Positions 25,500 to 35,785 of a stretch of 64,000 bases of DNA are shown here, piece by piece. The DNA is from Octopus sinensis (lineage: Eukaryota): NCBI RefSeq assembly GCF_006345805.1, contig NC_043002.1, positions 6,696,001 through 6,760,000 of the forward strand, read 5' to 3'. Position 1 is the stretch's first letter. The number at the start of each line of letters is the position of its first letter. The position numbers were made by a program, and so were the translations under genes. Below the pieces are notes generated by a model that worked only from the letters and a program-made list of their open reading frames with translations, was not told the origin of the DNA and searched no databases.

Positions 25500-25670
25500 T
25501 CTCTTCTACCTTTTTCACATATCTTCATTTGACTTTGTAAATGAACGATCTGATGTTTAACCATAATATCCATAATACTCCTGCTATCCCTAAACCCACA
25601 TTGCGATTCTGGTAAAACCTCATAAGCAATGTGTAGAAGCAATCTATTCACCATTACCCTACAGAGGATC
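25500..25670 (-). pseudogene. RTE/BovB-like LINE RT fragment
   Basis: NRLLLHIAYEVLPESQCGFRDSRSIMDI, the LPESQCGFR motif typical of RTE-BovB RT. Confidence 0.8.
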
Positions 25671-25992
25671 TTATATATAAATTAAGGATATAAACATTCA
25701 AATGATTATATCAGTGGCTAGCGTATAAAAAATGACCGTCTCGGTAAAGTTAATTGTTTTATAAGTATATAATTATAAATATAACTATTATTAGGGCTCT
25801 GGATTGAAGGTATCTGGCATCTACTCTTTAGCGTACAAGCGCTGGCATTCCAGAATCCTGAAGTAGAAATATATTTTTAATTATATATATATATATATAT
25901 ATTTGTATATATATATACATATATATGGTATATAATATATATGTGTATATATATATATCTATATATATATATATATTATATATATATATATA

Positions 25993-26030
<38 letters not shown>

Positions 26031-26134
26031 CATCATATACATGTATGTATATAATATATGTGTGTATATGTTTATATATATTGAGGTCAGTCCGGTATTA
26101 TCGCACAAGCTCAAAGTAAGGATATGATGTAGTC

Positions 26135-26222
26135 ATGCAGTACGACCGTTTCAAGGTACTCCATTTAATTGAACAATGCAATCATTACATAAATTTAAAT
26201 GCAATGCCATCTTCAGCTGCAC
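26135..26222 (-). ncRNA. Type-I hammerhead with canonical core and long imperfect stem II
   Basis: GUGCAG-CUGAAGA-(~57 nt)-GAAAC-GGUC-GUA-CUGCAU; stem I 6 bp, quasi-palindromic stem III ACGGUCGU; base of stem II poorly paired. Confidence 0.55.
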
Positions 26223-26353
26223 AAATAAAGTACTTAGATTGGAGTCTATTCTTAGTTACAATAACGACAACGTGAATTTCTTCTTGTTCTGTAAAAAATA
26301 TTTAAGAAAAATTATATTAATGTGCCCTACTTGTTAAAAGTCCACCTTGTTTA

Positions 26354-26431
26354 TGTGCGATCTGAAGATTTCACTGCACTTATATTGATGTAATAATTGC
26401 GATCGATCCGCTTGAAGCAGTCGTACTGCAT
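26354..26431 (+). ncRNA. Decayed hammerhead paralogous to 26135-26222
   Basis: gtgcgat-CTGAAGA-...-GAAGCAGTCGTA-ctgcat (GAAA mutated). Confidence 0.45.
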
Positions 26432-26761
26432 TACTACTTGATATACTGTTGCCCTTTTGATTTTAACTACATATATATATATATATATATATAATATATA
26501 TTATATATATAAATATCTATATATATATGTGCGTGTGTGTGTGTGTGTGTGTGTGTTATTAATAATGAGGGGTACAAATTAATATTATAAATAATATTAA
26601 TTTATACCAGTGGCCTAGCGTACTTAAAAATGCCCGAAGACTATGGTATGGCGATTTGGCATCTTCTTCTAGCACTTTAGGAATCCACCTTGGTGGCTAT
26701 TCCTCTTATTTATATATGTAATTTTACATATATTCAAATCACAAAACTAACATACATATAT

Positions 26762-26970
26762 GTTTGTGTGTCTGTGTTTTCTCCCCTACATCGCTTGACA
26801 ACCGATGGTGGCGTGCTTACGTCCCCGTAACTTAGCGGTTCGGCACAAGGGCCCGATAAAATAAGTACTAGGCTTACAAATAATAAGTCCTGGGGTCGAT
26901 TTGCTCGACTAAAGACGGTGTTCCAGCATGGCTACAGTCAAATTACTGAAACAAGTAAAAGAGTAAAAAA
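26762..26970 (+). mobile_element. SINE family A 3' half
   Basis: catcgcttgacaaccgatggtggc...ttccagcatggctacagtcaaattactgaaacaagtaaaagagta. Confidence 0.8.
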
Positions 26971-27129
26971 ATGTGACAGCGTGGTTTTTATGACGCACCT
27001 ACACCAATACGGTGTGGCCCCTAAGGACATTCATGCTGTTATGGCTGCTATGTTATGGAATGATGCTCCAGTTTTATCAACAGTGCAATAGTAGTCAGCT
27101 GAACTTAGGAGATGAAGAGAGAGTCTTCA

Positions 27130-27555
27130 AGATGACCCAAGTTCTGGAGACCATCACTTTCCCTGTAGATGAAAGGACCATGGCCTTATTTTGAGCAAGT
27201 GGGAGGGATGTTTCCGCTGTATTGATTGCTTCTTTGTCTCTGGCTGAAAGAGATGAACCCAATATTCATTTTGGATTAGGAAACGTTCAAGGAAATTCAC
27301 TGGATCTGCTGCAAACGATGTCAGATTTTCCCATAATGTGAGCAACCTGGTGCGCTTTTGATCAGGTGTCAGAAGATGTGGGACCCATCAAGTAGAAACC
27401 TTCGTCGTGCTAAGATCATTGTGCAGAATATTCCCAACTCTCTCACCGCATATGCTATAGCATTGGCTATTTCATTTATAATTAAATCACCTGTCATCCA
27501 TCATCACGTTGTGAACTCGATCAATGTTTTCTGCCTTGATGGCTGTTGCAGGATA
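27130..27555 (-). pseudogene. Mariner-type transposase fragment
   Basis: Minus strand: ENIDRVHNVMMDDR..ILHNDL..KVST.WVPHLLTPDQKRTRL..FLERFL..NEYWVHLFQPETKKQS..GKVM (WVPHxL mariner signature). Confidence 0.85.
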
Positions 27556-27567
27556 TACATATGTATG

Positions 27568-27609
<42 letters not shown>

Positions 27610-28564
27610 ATTAATCCAAACATGAAAACACAAAGAGATATGTATATATACATATGTATATATATGCATCTTTATGTATCCAAATATATAGTTAAATGAT
27701 TTCTGAGACACTTCAATTATTTATATATATTTAAAGGAGATTTAAGATATCGCCCTGGCACTCAAATCTGGGTGTCTGGTTCCCTAAAGCAGAAACAGCT
27801 GTAAGTAAAATCTGATTACGAGACTCCTATTGTTTTCTTCTTCATTTATATATTAAGAAATACACATACATATTGGTACGTTTGTGTAAAACACACATAT
27901 ACATATATATGTACGTATGTAGGTGTATCCATGTTTGTGTTTAATATATATATATATACATATATATATATATGTACATGTATGTAAGTTTGTAAGTATG
28001 TCAACGTTTTCTATAGATTTCGCACATATGTGAAATGAAAAAAATATTAATTGTCTAACAGTGCGGCAGTGCATATATCAGTCGATGAGTTATCAATGTA
28101 TGTTTCTATATGTAATTATGTACACATGTTAATGACTGTACGTGGAGTTTGGAATGGGTCAAAGAGTAAATTAGAGAAAGTGAGAAACGAGGTGTTACAT
28201 AAGAATATTAGTGGAATTGCGTTGCGACACGCCTATCAAGGAGTAGCGTCAGATGTAATTACTGTCTTCAGATAAAATGTCTTGGAGGCCAAAATTAGGA
28301 AATTTACAAAACACTGAGTGGTCGTCTCTCCATTTACTGTGGCTCCTTCGAAAGTATTTATGTAACAGCATGTTGGCAATCGTCTATGCATTATATTTGT
28401 GTGTGCGCGTTGTGTGTGTGTGTGAAAGAGAGAGAGAGAGAGGAATAGATACAGACAGAGTATGTCTGTAAGTATGTATTTACGTATGCATGTGTGCTTA
28501 TATTTATGTATATATGCACACACACACACACACAGACACACACACACGCACACACACACACACG

Positions 28565-28599
<35 letters not shown>

Positions 28600-29057
28600 G
28601 TGTATGTGTGTGTGTGTGTATCAAAGTATCATTAGCGACAGAAATGCCCGTAAAATTTAAAAAAATAAGAATATAAATTCAACCATTTAATATTTACTAT
28701 TCATGTTCAAAGTTGTCGACTACACGTGTTTCATGAGGTTGTATACTATATAAATATATGTATATACATATAGACATGTATGTATATACATATAAACATA
28801 TAATATATATATATATATATAACTGAAGAAGGGGAATATTCCTTGTGTTGTATGTCTTGTACTCTGTTTCTTCTTTGTTAAAAAAAAAGTCCGTTTCCAT
28901 GTTTTTGTCTTTATGTTTTCGTTTCTCATTGTGTTCAACGTTTTTTGGGTGTCCTGTGCCCATATATGCATGTATATATACATATAGATGTAGGTATGTA
29001 CATGTATGTATGTATATATGCATATGTTTATATATTATTTAGTTAGCATAGCTCCTA

Positions 29058-29217
29058 CACGCATTTTTTTCTCTCCTTGTTTCTCTCCTTGTTTTTTTTT
29101 TCTGTGTATCTTTCTGTAAGACTTTTTCTGTTTCTATTCCTGAGCGCCATACTAATACATTTGTTTGTTTGTACTCCACCTGCCTTCGTCTTTTGTTTAT
29201 TTTTATAAACTTTCCCT
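29058..29217 (+). mobile_element. Family A short PLE-related element lacking the hammerhead core
   Basis: Colinear with rc of 15450-15615 except a ~25-nt deletion (cgaagagcgcaggctcgaaacgtaa) at 29117/29118. Confidence 0.8.
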
Positions 29218-29251
29218 ATATATATATATTAGATACTCTCTTTTTTTTTGT

Positions 29252-29612
29252 TTACTCTTTTACTTGTTTCAGTCATTTGACTGCGGCCATGCTGGAGCAC
29301 CACCTTTTAGTACTTATTCGATCGGTCTCTTTTTGCCGAACCGCTAAGTGACGGGGACCTAAACACACCAGCATCAGTTGTCAAGCAATGCTAGGGGGAC
29401 AAACACAGACACACAAACACACATATACATATATATACATATATACGACAGGCTTCTTTCAGTTTCCGTCTACCAAATCCACTCACAAGGCATTGGTCGG
29501 CCCGGGGCTATAGCAGAAGACACTTGCCCAAGATGCCACGCAGTGGGACTGAACCCGCAACCGTGTGGTTGGTTAGCAAACTACTTACCACACAGCCATT
29601 CCTGCGCCTATA
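29252..29612 (-). mobile_element. SINE family A, full length
   Basis: rc of the 6101-6515 type: head, body, internal (TA/TG)n, tail. Confidence 0.85.
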
Positions 29613-29832
29613 ATAGATAGATACAGATATTTATATAAATATGTGTGTGTTTGTATTAAACTGTAGGATTACACAACATTTTTTGTAGTATACATACCTA
29701 TGACCTTTTACAAAGAAATATCTAATAGTAGCTTCGAACTTCACCTCACCTTCTTAGCATGATGAAGACGAACAGTCCAAAACTTCGACTTATGCAAATT
29801 ATGTCTTGTCTTATTTCTATCATGGATATATG

Positions 29833-30214
29833 GAAGCACTCCGTCGGTTACGATGACGAGGGTTCCGGTTGATCCGAATCAACGGAACAGCCTGCTCGTG
29901 AAATTATGTGTAAGTGGCTGAGCACTCCACAGACACGTGTACCCTTAACGTAGTTCTCGGGGATATTCAGCGTGACACAGAGAGTGACAAGGCCGGCCCT
30001 TTGAAATACAGGTACAACAGAAACAGGAAGTAAGAGTGAGAGAAAGTTGTGGTGAAAGAGTACAGCAGGGATCACCACCATCCCCTGCCGGAGGCTCGTG
30101 AAGCTTTTAGGTGTTTTCGCTCAATAAACACTCACAACGCCCGGTCTGGGAATCGAAACCGCGATTCTATGACCGCGAGTCCACTGCCCTAACCACTGGG
30201 CCATTGCGCCTCCA
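29833..30214 (-). mobile_element. tRNA-derived SINE family C (tail type 1)
   Basis: Head ggaggcgcaatggcccagtggttagggcagtggactcgcggtcatagaatcgcggtttcgattccc with Pol III A and B boxes. Confidence 0.85.
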
Positions 30215-30655
30215 CAATATTTCTATCATAGTCGTTTATCGTATGTTTATTTTTCGTCTTTGTCTTTGCTTTGTAGTTTTATATATTTTTCTAGTCTCTC
30301 CTCATAACTCGTTATTTTTACTGTTTTTCAAGAGAACTCATTTTTGTACCTGTCTCGTTCTGTCCTTCATGTTCACTCATTTATACTTCAGTAGCTTGTT
30401 GTATTACCTATTAATGGGATTATCCAATAAATCTTGCTAGCGTATTTGTCTATGTGCCTCTTCTCCTGGTGCTGTATGAATACATCATGTGGTTTTAGAG
30501 TCAAGTTTTGACTGCTATCTCTAGCATGGTAGTATATTGTAGATACCCATAATTATAATTTTAATAATTATTACCTATAAGGTTTTTATTCCTATGCTGG
30601 CCACTTGATATGGTCGGTATTTTAAATAACGATCATATCTATATTTATATAAATT

Positions 30656-30696
<41 letters not shown>

Positions 30697-30700
<4 letters not shown>

Positions 30701-30880
30701 ATCCAAACATGAAAACACAGAGAGAAAACATAACAATGCGAGGACGTGGAACAAGTATAGTATTATTGGACGCTCAGGAAACAAGGAGGGTTTAACGTTT
30801 CGAGCGGAGCTCTTCGTCAGAAACATAGGAAAAGGAAAGATCCAAAGAAGGGAAGACGCAGAAAAAAAATCACCAACAGT
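30697..30880 (-). mobile_element. Family B short PLE-related element with hammerhead
   Basis: Homologous to 3598-3712, 27609-27640 and the PLE 3' region 51500-51620; flanked by (TA)n. Confidence 0.75.
30790..30824 (-). ncRNA. Minimal type-I hammerhead ribozyme, canonical core
   Basis: GUUU-CUGACGA-A-GAGC(UCC)GCUC-GAAAC-GUU-AAAC. Confidence 0.8.
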
Positions 30881-30975
<95 letters not shown>

Positions 30976-31110
30976 ATGCGCGCGCGCGTATGAGTGTGTG
31001 TGTGTGTGTATGTATAATGTACTGTTTCGTGATAGAAAATTCAACAAAATGTACTCCATCTGGTGAGAAATAAATATCATTTATTTAAAGGACACAATGC
31101 ATATCTTTAA

Positions 31111-31162
31111 GTGGTACTAGTTTCATATGTTGAGAAATATCTCAAACATATTCCTCAGGCAC
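31111..31162 (-). ncRNA. Type-I hammerhead ribozyme, canonical core, 11-bp stem II
   Basis: GUGC-CUGAGGA-AUAUGUUUGAGA(UAUU)UCUCAACAUAU-GAAAC-UA-GUA-CCAC; palindromic stem III ACUAGU; first stem-I pair mismatched. Confidence 0.75.
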
Positions 31163-31540
31163 AAACAGTTTTCTATATGTTACCTTCTCAGTGTTAAACC
31201 GAGTGCTACCGGAAGTGGTTTGACGTCTATATCTAGCGCACAGGCGCTGTTCCTGCAGCGCCATTAATTATAATTATATTTATATAATTATACTTTCAAT
31301 ATATATCCTCAAAATAAGCAACAAGAATATCTTCGTGTTGCTTACTTTGATTATAATCACCCCATGGATTTATATGGATAACACCGTACTAAATTCTGGT
31401 GCATCTGACTTAAGTACCATATTCATCTGAATCTAAATTTTGCTGACCTTATATATGTATGTATACACACACACACACACACACACACCACACACACACA
31501 CACACACTCACACACACACACACATGCATACATACATACA

Positions 31541-31607
<67 letters not shown>

Positions 31608-31632
31608 GCATGTATGTATATATATATATATA

Positions 31633-31671
<39 letters not shown>

Positions 31672-31676
<5 letters not shown>

Positions 31677-31730
31677 AGAGTTTACGAAAAAAACAAAAGA
31701 CGAAGTCAGGTAGTGTACAGAACAAGCAGA
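31672..31730 (-). mobile_element. Family A element 3' tip embedded in (TA)n
   Basis: agggagagtttacgaaaaaaacaaaagacgaag matches 15452-15485. Confidence 0.7.
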
Positions 31731-31741
31731 TATATATATAT

Positions 31742-31772
<31 letters not shown>

Positions 31773-31779
31773 TACATTA

Positions 31780-32400
31780 TGTTCGGGCTAAATCTGACGC
31801 AATTTTAAATCTCCATATTTAACAGTTTTGGAGAGCATCACAATTAAATTTGTAGCTGAGAAGAGATTAGATGCTGATGAACAACTGCTACCCATTGAAT
31901 AGTGGAAAAGAGCTGCCCGTGCCATGATGAATCTTACCAGGTATAAAAATGACGACATCATAGCTACTGCTCACTTTTCTGTGAATATTGTAAACGCTGT
32001 AAGACGTGACATGGACAGCTGCAACGGAGACTACGAGGGTACATAGGCATTCCGACTAAGTCCGCACACCACCATTTAACCCCTACATCTTTGGACAGGG
32101 ACTTAGGGTTTGTGAAGCTGCTGGAGACCATGGTCAATCCCTGGCTGGAGTGATTCTTTGTGATACCTTCGAAAAGAGACGAGAAATGTTTGTCGGAGAA
32201 TGTCTACGACATCACCAGCCCCAATTTCTAGTCTCTTAATTCTCCCGACTGCTATCCCAGAGATTACTCCACATGATGTACGATGGAGAAGCACAACCAA
32301 CCAACCAACCTGCCAGCAAATCCAAGGCTGAGCTGGTGGTCAGGATCAAGGAGGTGTTCCAAAATCTTCTCAATGACGGTTCTGGAGCCGTGCTAAGACA
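31780..32400 (+). pseudogene. Tc1/mariner-superfamily (maT/DD37D-like) transposase remnant
   Basis: Frameshifted VKLLETMVNPWLE..CLSENVYDITSPNF..LNSPDCYPRDYS..KSKAELVVRIKEVFQNL (SPDxxPxD C-terminal motif). Confidence 0.65.
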
Positions 32401-32561
32401 GATGGGGGGGGGGGGCTAATATCGGTAACTGTTTTCTCCTAGCTATAACCTAATTAGTATTTTATGATTTTCCACTATACTTTTAGTTTTGGATGGGAAG
32501 CGTGTTTTCTTTTCCTCTCATGGAAACAGTTAAATTCAATCCGAAAGCCCAACAAGTACAA

Positions 32562-32945
<384 letters not shown>

Positions 32946-33047
32946 CTATGTATATATATAGTTACATTAAACTTGTTTAACATTTAAATATATATATATT
33001 TATTTGAAATATTTATGCATCTATCTATTTACATATCTACCAATATT

Positions 33048-33140
<93 letters not shown>

Positions 33141-33142
<2 letters not shown>

Positions 33143-33330
33143 GTTTCTTTATTGGCCACACAGGGCTGCACACAGATGGGACAAGTTACAAGGTAGAGCT
33201 TTTCTTTTGGGGATGAAAAAAAAAAAAACAAAAGAAACAAAAAAAAGGTGGGTGGCGTAGGTTTTCGATCAAGAGGGATCGTAAGAGGGAAGAAAAGAAC
33301 AAAAAAAAGAAACACGCATAATACACTGAC
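33141..33330 (-). mobile_element. Tx1-like LINE 3' UTR fragment ending in (TCTA)n (33048-33140)
   Basis: Near-identical to 42971-43150. Confidence 0.8.
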
Positions 33331-33486
33331 ACCCATATACACCCAACAAAAGAAAAATATATATACACAAACAGTTTTTCTTACTCGTGCTTAATTATTT
33401 AAATGCCGTGCGGTACATATTGACATTGAAATCTAAATATGTGTATGCGTGTGTTGAATATGTATGTCTCACTATACTGCATATAA

Positions 33487-33682
33487 CATTTTTTCACGCT
33501 CAGAGTTGCTGAAGCATGGAATAAACTGCCTGCGTCAGTTGTTGACTGCCATGACACTGCATCTTTTAAGGCCCTCATGCTTTCCGAAATTCGCCGAAAC
33601 TACACCTGATTATATATACACTTTAGATGAGTTGTAGTGCACCTGAGCACTGTACACAATTATTATTATTATTATTATTATA
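33487..33682 (+). pseudogene. CR1/L2-like LINE 3' end with (TTA)n tail
   Basis: FFTLRVAEAWNKLPASVVDCHDTASFK then stop, short UTR, (TTA)n. Confidence 0.75.
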
Positions 33683-33982
33683 TCCCAAAAGCCTAAGTAT
33701 TTTGCGGAATTCTTTCTATCATTATGTAATTGCCAACACATAATGTCTAGAATAACATGAAAGCTGGTCGTGTAACGGAACCATAGTGGAACAAGTGCCA
33801 TCGAGAAATAGTCCTGCGAACCATATTATTCACATGAATTGTGCAGACTGGTGGGAGAAGTTCAGAGTCATAAAAATCCATACATATAAGAACACATATT
33901 TCAGTTTTTACACTTTCTTCATTTTTCTTCACATGTATACACATACACACACACGCACACACCCCACGTGTGTTGTGTGTGG

Positions 33983-34011
33983 TTTATATATATATATATA
34001 TATATTATAGC

Positions 34012-34067
<56 letters not shown>

Positions 34068-34238
34068 GCATATATATATATATATATATATATATTAATA
34101 TATATATTTATATGCATATATATATATATATATATATATCTATATATATATATATAATATATATATATATATACATATATATGTATATATATATATTCAT
34201 ATATATACATATATATATACATATATATATATGTATAT

Positions 34239-34286
<48 letters not shown>

Positions 34287-34312
34287 ATATATTATATATA
34301 TATATATATATA
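33983..34312. repeat. Long (TA)n microsatellite
   Basis: Direct reading. Confidence 0.95.
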
Positions 34313-34414
34313 TCACATACATAGAGAAAGAAAGAGGCTGCGACAAAGACAAAGTGACAGTCAGAAGGGATAAGAATGAGAAAGAGAAAAAATAGCCTAT
34401 ATTTAGTTAAATCG

Positions 34415-34449
<35 letters not shown>

Positions 34450-34800
34450 CATATCTACAGATGCATATGTGTCTGTGTGTGTGCTTGAATGTGTCACGTG
34501 TGTGTGCGTATAGGTGTATATGCATCTGCATGTATGCATGTGTCTGTGTACGTCTGTGCGCGTGTACGTGTGTGTGCGAAGCAGCTGGTGGTACTGTGAA
34601 ATGTTTTGAAAAGTTAGCATACATTAATCACTGTATGTTAATGTTAACGGATGCTGGTTTTGAAAACATTTCGCTACATATTTACACGCGTCCAAATAAC
34701 AGCCGGATCAGGTCAGTGTGTTTAGTTAGAACTGGAAAGAAACTGATACGACTGAAGATTGTTTGGTTCATATATATATATATACTTACATAATTGTATC

Positions 34801-34880
<80 letters not shown>

Positions 34881-35091
34881 TGTATGTATGTAAGTTAACA
34901 AAATATATATTCTTATTTGAAGATAAACATTTGCCAGACAGTGTTGATATAGTTAACTTCAGAAATGTTGTCATTTGGAAAAGCATAAAAGCAGGATAAT
35001 CATTTTTTAATTTTATTATTATTATTATTACTATTATTATTATTATATTATTATTATTATATTATTATTATTATTATTATTATTACTACTG

Positions 35092-35150
<59 letters not shown>

Positions 35151-35155
<5 letters not shown>

Positions 35156-35785
35156 CTCCGCCTTAGCGAAGGCGGAGATATTGTTTTCAGTCGTGTTTGT
35201 TTGTTTGTTTGTCTGTCCGTGGGGAAGATATCTCAAGAGCCGATGGATGAATTCGGATGAAACTTTCAGGGATGTTTCACCTCGTGACTGCCAAGAACTG
35301 ATTAGATTTTGGGATCGATCTGGTACCGGTCAAGGATTCTGGATTATTTGTTATATTTACTTTACATGAAGTATTACGATCTTACGTTCATTTTCAAGTC
35401 TTTCTCTGATTATCTCCCTTGAAAGCACGGTAATGGTTACCACGTAAGTTATGGCTGCGTTGCTGTTTCCAAAGTTTTATTTTCGTTTCTCTATTATTAA
35501 TTTTACTAGCGTCTCTATCTGATAGATAAATAACCCGCCTTCACATTTCATGACTACCATTGGGATCGATCAGGTACCGAACAAGGATTCTGGATTATTT
35601 TTCCGGTACTTTTACTTAATTTTTGAGAGCGGTTGGGTTCATTTTTATTATTCTCGTTTGTGAGAGCAGTCGAGTTCATTTCAAATATTCTCATTCTAAA
35701 AATCATCTCCGGCTAATCGTTGAGAGGACGTTCGTTAGTGTCGCCTTGGCGGAGGTTTGCGCTCTCTGAGTTCTATTGTTATTAC
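35151..35785 (+). mobile_element. Helentron-associated non-autonomous element (HINE/DINE-1-like)
   Basis: 5' acctccgccttagcgaaggcggag hairpin, (TTTG)n-TCTG microsatellite, 3' subterminal inverted ccttggcggaggt followed by gcgctctctgagt; internal direct repeat ttgggatcgatc.ggtaccg..caaggattctggattattt. Confidence 0.7.

Noticed and set aside
27770-27810. GAAACAGCTGTA as a complete hammerhead
   Set aside because: No CUGANGA or stem II upstream; kept only as a remnant
30140-30214. tRNA gene
   Set aside because: tRNA-like head continues into a SINE body shared by four copies, two with TSDs; no complete acceptor stem seen
32420-32560. Possible NUMT (T-rich, mitochondrial-looking)
   Set aside because: Could not assign any mitochondrial gene by translation
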